DNA of 64,000 nucleotides. Origin: Antechinus flavipes (lineage: Eukaryota). Below are positions 51,348 through 64,000 of this stretch, piece by piece. Position numbers and translations under genes: made by a program. Position 1 is the first letter of the stretch. Each line of letters starts with the position of its first letter. The notes beneath the pieces are model-generated. The model did no database searches. It was not told the origin of the DNA and saw nothing but the letters and a program-made list of their open reading frames with translations. Where the stretch lies: NCBI RefSeq assembly GCF_016432865.1, contig NC_067398.1:491908001-491972000 (forward strand), written 5' to 3'.

Positions 51348-52791
51348 AGCTTATTCCTTAGAAATAGGAATCCATCATTAATTAGAGTCAGTTCAGAGAG
51401 TGGGACTTGTGGACATATGTTGTACCATCTGCAGATTCTTATCTTGACACAGATATTGCCTGATATTTGACAAAGAAGACCCATAGTCCTATATGTGCTA
51501 AGAACAGATTCATCTAAGTAATAAAAATAATATCTGCCTGTTACACATGAGCACAGTTAATAAGAAATGTCAGTGTGAGGACAATTTTTAGTGTGTGTAA
51601 TATACTGTTTAATATAAGTTGCATAATTTAACCTCCAAACATTTTTTAAATCTCTGTTTAGTCAACATGACAGTTGTTGAATAAAAAATCTCTTCTTTGC
51701 TCCTCAGGCTTAAGCTATATTTCCAAAATTCCTCAGGATAAATATAGCCTCATGATTATGTGTATCAAGACTTGCATTGAAATTATGCCTGAATTTTGTT
51801 TCCACAAGCATTGGTGAGTACTAAAGAGTAAATATACAATAAGCACCTCTTTTTGCTGATGAACACATGGGTGAAATCATATCCAGAAACTTTGGTGGGT
51901 TATACTGCTTTTAAAGGGTTATGTAAAATTTTCTCTTTTTACCTAGGGCTTTTAGATAGATTTCTTTCAACTCCCAGAGACGAAGAGAAGGCTGATATAA
52001 GCCTCTTCCTCTTTCTCCATTTTTTCCCCTTCTCCTCCTCCTTATTCCTCTTCCTCTTCTTTATTTTCTTTTTTTTCTTCCTCTTCCTCCTGCTTCTCTT
52101 CCTTTGTGTTTTCCTCTTCTGACCCTATGATTTTCATATAAGCATAGGACTCATACTGCTTGTTACTGTTGTTACCTTGTTACTTTACCTAATTCCTTCA
52201 ATTCCTGTTATTTTCCTAGTTCTTGATCATTTGCTTGGTCTTTAGCCTTCCTGCCTTGCTCTATTCCCAACTATCTTAGTATCAAGGCACAGAGTAATGT
52301 AAGGGACCTGTGGCAGCTGGACTCATAAGAAACTGATAGCCAGAAAAGAATGGAACCCATTCAAAGTGATTGGCAATGAGGTCTAGTCCCCTTGGCTGTA
52401 CTGCCAAGGGAGAACCATCCTGACTGCATTTCCCCTTTCAGAGTGCTTCAAACTCAGTTGCAGCCACATGGATAGCCCATAGCCAGATCATTCTGGTTCC
52501 CCATATCCAGTAAGCTTCAAGAAAGGTCAGAGCCCGGCTGAACTGAGCAAATTGTTAGCACTTAACGTACTGACACTGGGGGAAAGTGCTGGAGGAATGA
52601 AAAGAGGCAATGACAGTGCTGTGGCAGATAAGCCAAATTAGACTTCAGCTATTTCCTAATTTGACTTTGGGCCAATCCTGGTCCTGCCCTGGAAGATCAC
52701 TTACTTTGGTGGACTCAATGTTCATGCCATGGTTTGGGATTAGTTCATATCAGTTTGCTGACTTTTCCATAATAGTTATTATTTCCTAAAT

Positions 52792-53140
52792 TGGTCGTGA
52801 TTATATACTCCTCAAGGTGGTTATTATCACATCTCAAAAGGAGCTAAGAAATTGTAGCCTCAAGAAGCTAAGATGGAGCAGGGGTTTAATCAGGGTAAAT
52901 TTAGGTAAAATTGAAGCTGGTAATGTTTGACTTTATTCTCCTTACTTGCCTAGGGAATACAATCTTTTAGCAACATCTCTTTAAAGGGCCTATCCCTGGA
53001 TGCCTGTCTAGGGTCTGGACTTTCTAAGCTTTTATTATTACCTCCAACTTCCCAGGGCCCAGGACTCTGGGTGGCTCACTTTACAGCTCCTTATCCGTCC
53101 AGGGGATGGTAACTGTCATTGTTATTCAAACGACACGACA
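52792..53140 (-). mobile_element. Candidate solo LTR
   Basis: Near-inverted termini tggtcgtg...cacgaca; AATAAA on - strand near 52935; TSD not evident. Confidence 0.4.
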
Positions 53141-53400
53141 TATATAATAAATATGCTTATATATACCATATAAATATATTATGTGCAATATCATGCATAA
53201 TATATAATATAATTATAATATAATACATCATAGCATATATTATATATAATGTTATATGCAAGATAATTATATAGAGTATATAACATATATGTACATTATA
53301 TAATATAATAATAAATTTATAAATATAGGTATACAACTGTATTATGTATAATATTAGTAATATGATATAAATATGTTATATGTAATATTTATATCCATTG
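53141..53400. repeat. AT-rich low-complexity tract
   Basis: Degenerate TA-based repeats. Confidence 0.9.
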
Positions 53401-54302
53401 AAAACTACCCATTGTATAATATATTCCTCTTCAGTTATATATATGCTTTTTGTTTTTTCCACAACATAGTAGTAATACATATAGCTCATATGCATTGTGC
53501 TTTGCAGTTACGAAATATTTCAATCAATTGATGAGTACTTATTAAGTTCCTATTATGTGACCATGCATTGACCTAGATGTTGGAGATATATAAAGTGCAT
53601 ATAAATAAACCTAAGGAAAAATTTCACAATACTTTAAAACACTAATTGTATGATCTTGGGTAAGATATATTAGTTGTCTGAGATTCAGATTCTTCATATG
53701 GAAAATGAGAAAGCTGGATTTAATTATATCTAAAGTTCTTTCTAACTTGGCATTTATGTTCCTGTGATCCTCACAAACATGATTTGGTAATTCCATGTAT
53801 TATCATCCATATTTTACAGACGAAGAAACATGCTTAAAAGATTAAGTGATTTTTTCTTGAGATTATTCTGTGGGTGGGTGTGAGCCAAAACTGGAATTCC
53901 AGGACATTTGAACACTGAAAAAGGGGTGGATTGGCAGTCAGAGGATGTAGTTTCAGATCTCAAGTTGTCTTTTACTAACTATTTGACTTGAAGTAAGTCA
54001 CAACCTCTTTAAACCTCAGTTTCCTCATTTGAAAAAAGAGATTGGATTAATTTCTTACTCAGCTGTTTAACTCTAATATCTTGTCTATCATACCATGCTG
54101 CTATATTTCCAAAGTGACTGATAATAAATCTGATAAAATAATCTACATTGATAAGCCAATTATTTATTAAATACTATGTGCCAGGCAGAAGATTAGAGGA
54201 AATCACCAGTAGCATTCCTTTCTCTCTTGGATAATAACATGTACATTTAATGCATCCTTTCCCTTCACTTATGTGACGACCATGCTTATTTAGGCATTTA
54301 GC

Positions 54303-54515
54303 TAGGGGTGTGCTGGCAAATATTTAACAACAGTGCCTAGAAATACTAACAATGCACTTCAAACTATAATCTGCCTTATTAACACTTTCTTAAGTCTAGA
54401 CAATTAATAAAACAATAAATCTAAGCCCTTATTTGTAGTATTTGTCAACTTCTGAAGTGTAAATACTCACTCTGAAAATTTGACAATTGGTTTTCCCTAG
54501 ATTTTGAGCTATCAC
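54303..54515. mobile_element. MER63-like hAT relic
   Basis: ggggtgtgctggcaaatatttaacaac start as recalled for MER63; internal gtgtaaatactcactctgaaaattt. Confidence 0.6.
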
Positions 54516-54519
54516 TGTC

Positions 54520-55190
54520 AGATCCTTGCACTTATCCCTTTGCATCTTTATAATTGCAAAAGATTATTAATTATTATCAAGTCTCTTGCATCCTTATAGA
54601 TACCAAATTATTTTCCTTAAGCATAATTCTAACTATTGTACTTCCCTGCTCAAGAAACTTAAGAAGTTCCCTATTGACTGGAGGATAAAGTGCAAACTCC
54701 CTAGTTTAGCACTGTAGGTCCTTCATAGTTTGATTCCTGCTTTTCTTCCAGACATATCACATCCCTTCACATGTTGAATGGCTAAATAAAAAAACCATTC
54801 ATTAAATATCTACTATGTGCCAGGTACCACTCTAGGTGTTGAATAAACAAATCAAAAAGTGGGATGGAATATTCTCCTGGAACTTACATTCTTTATTATG
54901 GTCAACTGGCCTGTTTGCTATTTCCAAATTTTTAATTCTATCTCTTGCTCCTTGCTTTGCATTGACTATCCCACATGGATGGTATAAATTACCTCATCAC
55001 TTCTTAGCTTCCCTCAAGGTTCAACTCAGATGTCACTTCCTACAGGAAACTTTTACTGATTCTTTTAATGGTTAGTGTTCTCTGTTCAAATTACATCATA
55101 TTCACTAATCAGTGCAAATATTGAAACTCCTCCCTCCAGTATAATGTAAAATGCTTTGAGAACAGGAATGGCTTTCAGTTTTGTCGTTGG
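54520..55190 (+). mobile_element. L2 3' region with nested antisense L2 tail
   Basis: ttccctgctcaagaaac...ggataaagtgcaaactcc...cttccctcaaggttcaactcagatgtcac. Confidence 0.65.
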
Positions 55191-56759
55191 ACTGAAAATT
55201 CAAATAATGGGACAGTTTTATAGAATTTATTATTGTAATAATCAGTACCTTGCTAGATTTCTAGCACTTAGCAAGTGCTTTGCAAAGAGTAGGGAATCAA
55301 AATGTGTATTGTATTGATTAGGAAGGAGCCCAATGATGACAAATAATTTAAACATTAACAGATAAGTCACATTAATGGTGGAACTATCAATTAAGACATG
55401 AAGGAATTATAATTTGGGCCCTTATAGTTCTGAAATCATACTGAATTGAAGGCTGTCTGTGCTGTTGGCAGAGGCAGTGGTGGCCCTGGACTTAAAGAGC
55501 TTCAAAAATATGAAAGTAATCTCTTGAAACTGGGGTTAGAAGTCCCTGGTGATGATCACTTTAGCAGACCAAGCATTAATTGTGATAAGCCAAAGAAGTA
55601 GGAGATGCTGACCATGTTACTTTTTCTTGAGCTATCTCTTGATGATTGAGAAGGGTAAAGGCGAAAAGTCATCTGTAGGGGTTACCCCAAACCATAAATA
55701 ATTGACAAGATATGCAAATCAAGTACCAATCCATAGCCTTTTTCTTAACATTCTTGCTCAAACTGCTACTTCAGCTCTATAAGGTGGTAAATGTAGAAAT
55801 AAAAAAAAAAAACTTGCATATCATTACAAATTTGTACTTGGCAGTAGAAAAGGTGGCAGAGGGTATAGAGTGGAAAAATAATGGAAGGAAGGGATCTGTC
55901 TTGGTCAATCCAGACTAGCTCAAGAAATTCAGAAAATTGTTTCATGGTTATAAAGCAAAGCAATCTACAAATAAAGCTTTAAGTTTGAGTTTCATTTTTC
56001 ATCTTTCTTATGCTGCTGGGTGGAGCATCTTACAGCGAAATGGTCAAAGGAGGACGAAAAAAGGTGGAGGGTGGGGAGGACTCAGATAATGTGCATACTA
56101 GAAGATAACTCAACTTTCACTTGTGTCAGCCCTGAATAATGGAGACTGGCTGCTGTTAATGACTGGCTTGATCTTAAATGCAAAGTTTAAAAAATGCTTC
56201 TTGGCTGGCATTTTACTAAGAAGACAAAGAAAATGTGTTATGACCTTGGATGTGAAAGGAGGGCAATTGTGCTAGGAAGGGATCTCATGCTCACTGGCCT
56301 TTCCTGGTAAAAACCTTGGAAACATGACATTTTGTATCTGGTATTTAACAACAGCTATTAACAAGAGCCAGAACGGCACATCAACATCTTTAAATCTAAG
56401 GGTGAAAAGAGAGATAACAGTGGTGGGAATAAGGGTGGAAGGATTGATTGTAGGGAAATGGTATCAGTGTTGCTACCATCAACTCTTAAGAACAATCCCC
56501 AGACTTATTGGGACCCATTCCTAGGTAGGTGGCCCTAGAATTTTATTAACAATTTCTTCCCTTCCTCCCTTCCTCCTTTCCTCCCTTCTTCCCTTCCTCC
56601 CTTTCTTCTTCTTTCTTTCATTCTGTATAATTCTTGTCCTACTATATTGGAGATTTTTACTTTAGTTTAAAAAGAAAAATATTTGTGAAAGCTGGCATAG
56701 CATTCAGGCTATCAATTTATATGATACCTCATTCTGTTATATGACCAACCTTTTTCAAC

Positions 56760-57500
56760 TGCACACTTCTTATGCACAAATCAATTCAACAAACATTTTT
56801 TCTAGACACTGGAGATACAAAGGAAAAAAAAGCAACAACAGTAGTAATTGCCTCAAGAAGCTTACATTCTTACTAAAGGGACAAATAATGTTAGCTATTA
56901 GATAAGTAAATGAATATTATATGCAAAGAGTTTTCAAGAGAGAGAGAGAAGAGTAACAACTAGAGATCAAAAAAGGTCCATGTCACAGGCAGTTGGGTTA
57001 TCCTTTGAAGGAATCTAGTTTTTTAAGAAGTGGAAATAAGACCATTTATTGAAGAGTCGCTCTTATTCTTATAAATTTCAATCAGTTCCTTATACATCTT
57101 AGAGATGATATCTTTAGCAAAGAAGGATGTACATAATAGATATGAAAGAACCAACAGTGAAAGAACATGGACATAGAGAAGGAATGACTAATATTAGGGA
57201 ACAGCTCTTATAACAATTGAATTTATGAATGGCAGTATTATGAAATAAGAATGGAAAAGTGAATGGGAGTCATAGTAGGGAGGGCTTGAAAGGCTAGTAT
57301 GAGGGTTTTGTATTTTATCCTAGAAATAATGATGGGTCTCTGAGGATTTTTGTATAGAATAGTGATATGCTCAGCTCTTTGCTTTAGGAATATCTATTAG
57401 ACATCTTTGTAGAAGATGAACTAGAAAGGAGGAGATACTGAAACCGGAAGATCTAGGGGAAAAAGGGGTTGCAATAGTTTCGTGATTGAGGGAATGATAA
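56760..57500 (-). mobile_element. L2 fragment
   Basis: caattcaacaaacatt...ctggagatacaaagg...gatatgctcagctctttgctttagg. Confidence 0.6.
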
Positions 57501-58039
57501 TTTTTCCCTCTGATTTATCATTCCCTAGGATTTACCTCTGTATTTAGTAAAGACAATTAATTTATGTTGGAGGGCATCAAAGAGGTCATTGAGTTCAACT
57601 CCCTTATTTATAGATTAAGGAACAGGCTCAGAGCTTAAGTGATTTGACCAAAGTCACACTCATAATAGGTAACAGAGTTGTGATTTAAACCCAGGAGAGT
57701 TCTGGGTTTAGCTTTTCTGGTTCCAAATACAGCCCTCTATCCATTGTCCTTTCCACTGGGCAACAGTTCTTTGTAAATCACTCTTTCCCTGGTTCTATTT
57801 CACATAAAATAAACCTATACCTAAAAGAAAGAAGACCTTCAAGAAAGACCCAAATTGCAAGGACCTAAGAATTCTAGGCTCTTTGAATCTTAAATCTCAA
57901 AAGAGCAGAAAGGACTTCTTACTCACAAACATTTCCCTCATGTGCCTTTAGATTAACTTACTATGTCTCTAGAGGGTTGATGTTGAAAAGTCATTATGTT
58001 ATCTTAAGTTAATTTGTTAAGTCATTAGAAAATATTATA

Positions 58040-58620
58040 TTATTTTGTCTATATATCCAGCTCTCATCTCTCTCCTGAGCTCCAACGCCCTATTTCCAGC
58101 TACCTATTGGACAGCTCCACTTGGATGTCTTAATCCGTATACATCTGCCTTTCCCTGATTATACTCTTGAATTTCTTCACCATGACCTGAGGCTCACTAT
58201 CCTGCAAGATTATATCAGTCTGGAACTCATACCTTAATCAGCACCATTTTTTGATCCTATGACTTCTCTGATTAGGGAACAAAGTGGAAAGCTTCCTCCC
58301 CAAATCTCTAAAAAAATAGCTCTTTTCTTTTTCCAGTCAAGTGGCATCCTTTGGACTTCTCATGCTTTGCTGTGACAGAACATTTCAGCTTTCTTTAATG
58401 TGTCGTTTTCTCTTTATTAGATTAGTCCTTGAGGGCAGAACTATCTTTCTTTTTCATATTGGTGTACCCAGTGCTTAGCCCAATGCCTAGCACATAGTAA
58501 CGCTTAATAAATGTTTATCAGCTGATTTACTGACATCTCCACTTGGATGTCCTATGTCCCCGAGGCAATTCAAACTCAGTCTAAAACAGAACTCATTATC
58601 TTTTCTGTTAAATTCATTCT
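58040..58620 (+). mobile_element. L2 fragments with nested L2 tail
   Basis: ctctctcctgagctccaacgccc...ttggatgtc | cacatagtaacgcttaataaatg | caaactcagtctaaaacagaactcattatc. Confidence 0.6.
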
Positions 58621-60241
58621 TCCTCTTAATTAACCTGTTTTAGTTGAGGATACTGTCATTCTTCTAGAGCTGGTCTAGAAACACTCTGATTTCCATTTTA
58701 TTTCATTTCATTGTTCTCTGTCTCCTCCTCATTACCTATTTTACTCTGAGTTCACTTAGCTGTTGCCTGTTCTTATTTTATTTTACATTACACAGGCCAT
58801 CTTGTCTTGCCTCTCTTTAAATGTTTCTAGTGGCAGATAAAGGATTGCCAGCAGGTAATCCTGCTGCCACCTCATGGTAGCATTGTGACACTGAGCCATA
58901 CTCAGTTCCGTCCTCTTATTAGTCAGTCAGTGAGCTGATTTGCAGAATTAGGTTTGTTCTCAGACCTCTGAAAATATCAATAGATTTTCAACATCATGAC
59001 TTTATTTCCAGGGATTACTTATTCTTATTATCCTGACTTCCTTTTGCTCTTAATATAACTAAGAATAAAGGGACTATGTCTCAAAGTCCCCCAAGTTTTC
59101 CCACAAATTTCTATGAAAGCCAAACAATAAAAAGATTAAAAAGAAGAAGCAGTAAACATTATTGTTATTAAATGTCTGATTTCTTTTGAGTTTGGGGTTA
59201 TTTTATATAAGATAACATGCTTTAGTAGATTTAGAACCAGGAAAATTGGGTGCTAGCCTTATATCTGTTATGATGGTCACTTAAGATCTGTACCTCAGTT
59301 TCCTCATCTGTCAAATGGGGAAGATAATACTTACCCCCACCCTTCATCCTATTTCCTGCAAGGTTGTTGTAGGGATCAAATGAGAGATATAGATGTGGAA
59401 GCACTTTGAAAGGTTAAAAGCACTATATGAATGCCAGGTATTTTGATGGTTTCACTTTAATATGGCTTACCCCTTGGTGTCCTGAAGGAAATAAAATTGC
59501 CTGGAGGGGGTTTTATTCATCTTGGTTCACCTTAGGATGGAGTCCATTTAAACCTGTGTGTTCTAGTTGATTGGGTTATTGTGTATAGATTGCTGGAGCT
59601 TCAAGCTCTATTTCCTCTTTTTTTTCCTTTTGATATAATTTTAATGAGGTTTCCCCCTTCCTTTATAGTAGGGCAGGATACAGCAATAATAAATATAAAG
59701 AATTTTAGAAAAATGCAAAACTCGCAAACACCCAACAGAACAGGAGGGCTACAGAAATGGGAAATCCAATCAGGAAGACCCAGGGGAAAATTATGTTCTC
59801 AGATCTGCATGGGCCTCCTGATGGCTTTAGAATTCCTGCAGGCGCTTCCCTGCATGGTGAGCCCTGCACGTGATAAGAAATGAGACCCATCAAGGGGAAC
59901 AGAAAAAAATTTTTTTCTCATTTAAGGAATACCAGATTTTTTTCCAGACATTTCATCACCAGCACACAAGAATGGGATACTTTGTGCTATCGAAGCAATT
60001 GTGTGACCATGGGCAAAACAGCTCCCTCAGTAGCTAATGTGGATAAAAATGTAGCTAATAATACCTTTCCTGTGTGTCTGACAGGGTTGTCATGAGAATC
60101 AAAGAGATAATATTTATAAAAAGGTTTGGAAAAGTGTTAAGTAAAATAAAAACATCAGGATAGAAACTGGATTTGTAACCTCATTGGCTTAAGCAGTTCC
60201 TAAATAGATAACATCTTTTATTAATGCAGGGTTTCATTTTA

Positions 60242-62407
60242 TTTTATTTTATTTATTTTTTAATTAAATCTTTTCATTTTCAAAATATATACATGGATAA
60301 TTTTCAATATTTACTTTTACAAAACCTTGTGTTCTAATTTTTTCCTTCCCTTTCTCCCATTCCCTCTCCTAGATGGCAAGTAATCCAATATGTATTAAAC
60401 ACGTGCGATTCTTCTACACATATTTCCACAATTATCATGCTGCACAAGAAAAATCAGATCAAGAAGGAAAAATATGAGAAAAAAACAAAATGCAAGCAAA
60501 TAACAACAAAGAGTGAAAATACTATGTTGTGGTCCCCATTCAGTTCCCACAATCCTCTCTCTGGGTGCAGATGGCTCTCTTCATTGGAATTGGCCTGAAT
60601 CATCACCTTGTTGATGAGAGCCACGTCAATCAAAATTGATCATCTTTTAATCTTGTTGTCGAAGTGTATAATGATCTCCTGATTCTTCTCATTTCACTTA
60701 GTATCAATTCATATAAGTCTCTCCAGGTCTCTCTGAAATCATCCTGCTGGTCGTTTCTTACAGAACAATAATATTCCATAACATTCATATACCACAATTT
60801 ACCCAGCCATTCTCCAATTGATGGGCATCCACTCAGTTTCCAGTTTTTAGCCACTACAAACAGGGCTGCCACAAACATTTTGGCACATACAGGTCCCTTT
60901 CCCTTCTTTATGATATCTTGAGAGTAAAAGCCCAGTAGTAACACTGCTGGGTCAAAGGGTATGCACAGTTTGATAGCACTTTGGACAGAAATTGCTCTCC
61001 AGAATGATTAGATACATTCATAGTTCCACCAACAATGCATTAGTGTACCAGTTTTCTTACTATCTTACATCCTCTCCAACATTCATCATTATCATTTCCT
61101 AGTATCTTAGCCAATCTGACAGGTGTGTAGTGGAACCTAAGAGTTGTCTTAATTTGCACTTCTCTGATCAATAGTGATTTAGAGCACCTTTTCATATGCA
61201 TAGAAATAGTTTTATTTTTATCATCCAAAAATTGCCTGTTCATATTCTTTGACCTGTTTATATCCTGTTCATATCAATTGGAGAATGGCTTGAATTCTTA
61301 TAAATTTGAGTCAATTCTCCATATATTTTAAAAATGAGGCTTTTATCAGAACCCTTGAATGTAAAAATTTTCCCCCAGTTTATTGCTTCCCCTCTAATCT
61401 TGTCTGCAGTGGTTTTGTTTGTACAAATATCTTTTAAACTTAATATAATCAAAATTATCTATTTTGTATTCCATAATGCAAGTTCTTCTTTAGCCACAAA
61501 TTCTTTCTTTCTCCTAATCTGTTTATAATACCATTCTTTATGTCTAACTCATGAACCCATTTTGATCTTATTTTGGTATAAGGGATTAGGTGTGGGTCAA
61601 TGCCTAGTTTCTGCCATACTAATTTCCAATTTTCCTGGAAGTTTTTGTCAAATAGTGGTTCTTATCCCAAAAGCTGGGGTCTTTGGGTTTGTCAAACAAT
61701 AGAGTACTATAGTCATTGATTATTTTGTCCTGTGAATCTAATCTATTGCACTGATTGACTTCTCCATTTCTTAGCCAGTACCAAATGGTTTTAATAACTG
61801 CTCTTTATATCTAGCAATATAAAACTTCCTCTGAGAACTGCTTTGGCTGCCTCCCATAAATTTTGGTATATTGTCTCATTATTGTCATTCTCTTGAATGA
61901 AATAATCAGTTGTGTCTATGATTTGTTGTTTTACCTACTCATTCTTTAGGATCAGATTATTTAGTTTACAATTAATTTTTGGTCTATTTTTCCCTGACTC
62001 TTTATTACATGTGATTCTTATTGCATCATGAGCTGAAAAAATGCATTTGCTATTTCTGCCTTTTTTGTATTTGATTTTGAGATTTTTATGTCCTAATATA
62101 TAGTCATTTTTTGTGAAGGTTCCATGAACCACTGAGAAAAAAGTATATTCCTTTCTGTCTCCATTCAATTTTCTCCAAAGATCTATCATACCTATTTTTT
62201 CTAATATTCTATTTACCTCCTTAACTTCTTTCTTATTTATTTTGTGGTTTGATTTATCTAGTTCTGAGACAGCAAGGTTGAGATCCCTCACTAGTATAGT
62301 TTTGCTATCAATTTCTTCTTGAAGCTCTCTTAACTTCTCTAGGAATTTGGAGGCTATGCCACTTGGTGCATATATGTTTAGTATTGGTTTTACTTCATTA
62401 TCTATGG
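60242..62407 (-). mobile_element. L1 with large internal ORF2 deletion
   Basis: ORF 61935 NIYAPSG...IDLWRKLNGDRKEYTFFS (endonuclease) joined near 61810 to C-terminal ORF2 and 3'UTR; 17-bp TSD tgcagggtttcatttta/tgcaaggtttcatttta. Confidence 0.92.
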
Positions 62408-62759
62408 TGCAAGGTTTCATTTTAAAGAGTAGCCAATAGCACTGAGAAGTTAAGTCACTTGCCTAGGGACCTTTCAGTCACTTAATAATAAGCACTGATT
62501 AAGCACCTACTATGTGCCAGGCACTAGGTGAATCAGAGGCAGGACTGGAAATTAGATAGTTCTGATTTTAATGCCATCTCTCTATTCATTATACCATGCT
62601 GCCTTTATAGAAATAGAAATTGTAAAATTTCCTCAAATAAATTTTCTGGATTGTGATGTTTCCAAGATTTTATTTTATTTTTTATTTTATGCAATATACT
62701 GCTGTTATCTCATATAGAAGATCTATTCACTTAATTAGAAGCCTTCATTTAGAGTCTTT

Positions 62760-62990
62760 GTTTTTGGTCAGTTGTTTTCATTGTACTTGACTCTTCATGA
62801 CCCTCATTTTAAGTTTTCTTAACTGAAGTGGTTTGCTATTTCCTTCTCCAGCTCATTTCAGATATGAGTGAGCTGAGATAAATAGAGTTAGGTGACTTAA
62901 TCAGGGTGTATAATTAGTAACTGTCTGAGGACAGATTTCAATTTAGGAAGATGAGTTTTTCTGACTCCAGACCCAGTACTAGCTGTCCCT
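62760..62990 (-). mobile_element. MAR1-type SINE
   Basis: gaagtggtttgctatttccttctccagctcattt...ctgactccagaccc. Confidence 0.7.
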
Positions 62991-63109
62991 CCAGAATCTA
63001 GGGTTGTTGTTGCTGAGTGCCAGGGTAGCACTCAGGCAGTCCAGCTGCTGTTCTTCATCCCAATGCTTTGTACAGAGCCTGGAACTCAGTGCTTTTGATA
63101 AGTGCTTTT

Positions 63110-64000
63110 TAAAAAATATATATTTATTTATTTTTTGCCCAGTTACATTCAAAACATTTTTTTTACATTTGTTTTTAAGATTTTTGAGTCTCTCCCCACC
63201 CACAATAAAGAAACCACATATGAAGTTATGTAAAATATTTCCATAAAAGTCAAGTTATGAAAGAAAATATAGGCCTCCCACCCTAATAAAAATAAAAACC
63301 CTCAAGAAAAATTAAATTAAAAATAAAGAGATAGATAGATAGATAGATTTATATTCAGACTCAATCAGTTCCTTCTTTGAGTGTGGATAGGATTTTTCAT
63401 CGTAAGCCCTTCAGAGTAGGTGTGGATTATTGTACTACTGATAATAACAAAGTCATTTACAACTGGTCATCCCAGAACATTGCTATTACTTTGAATATGG
63501 TATATTTCACCATGAAGAATTTTCCAGGTTTGTTTGTTTTCCCCTGAGAACATCCTGCTCATCATATCTCAGAGAATATTCTATCAGAGAAATTTGCTTT
63601 GAAAATTTTTTTACAATTATTTTTGCTAATTGTATTTCTTCCCATTTAGTGTCTCTCTCCTTTCACCCTGTCTCTCCTCAAAAGTGTTTTGCTACTGACT
63701 TCTCCTGGCCCTCTTTTTTATTACTCTCCCCCCCTTCCCATATGGAATATGGAATATGGGAAGGGGGGGAGAGTAATAAAAAAGAGGGCCAGGAGAAGTA
63801 TGAATGTTATTTCCTATTTGAATTGATTTTGATGAGAGTAAGGTTTACTCACTCATCTTCTTCTCACCCTCTTCCCCTCCACTGTAAAAGTTTTTTCTTG
63901 TTTCTTTTTTATGGCAGGTGATTTGCACCATTCCATTCTCCCTTTCCCTTTCTCCCAGGACATTTCTTTCTTACCCCTTAATTTCATCATTTAAAAAAAG
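63110..64000 (-). mobile_element. Older L1-type 3' fragments
   Basis: T-rich tail ttacattcaaaacatt... and following 3'UTR-like blocks similar to 36310 and 44725. Confidence 0.55.

Noticed and set aside
1-64000. CRISPR arrays, prokaryotic systems, NUMTs, non-retroviral endogenous viral elements, tRNA/rRNA genes
   Set aside because: None recognised by eye. Highly decayed viral fragments cannot be excluded without tblastn/HMM searches of the unique blocks.

Overview
AT-rich, repeat-dense marsupial DNA, most likely a dasyurid, judged from WSINE1/MAR1-type CORE-SINEs, marsupial L1 and an OC1-like hAT MITE. It looks intergenic or deep intronic: I recognised no intact host gene exon, RNA gene or CRISPR array. 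The only host-gene-derived sequence is a decayed, nearly full-length processed PGK1 pseudogene (33448-35518, +), split by nested repeats. A second, rearranged partial copy follows it, with the 3'UTR on + (37032-37372) and the CDS on - (37375-37717), and it shares inactivating lesions with the first. The rest is L1, L2, L3/CR1, MIR/MAR1/WSINE1, RTE-type SINEs, solo LTRs, hAT relics, simple repeats and a 141-N gap. The best leads are the PGK1 duplication-inversion, an old duplicated ~200 bp unique element (7.4/8.4 kb), a perfect 29-bp-arm hairpin, a templated local duplication, a three-layer L1/L1/LTR nest and long repeat-free blocks with enhancer-like motifs. The sequence alone does not demonstrate a new biological system. 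Repeat family names and reference sequences are recalled from memory, and identities are estimated by eye.
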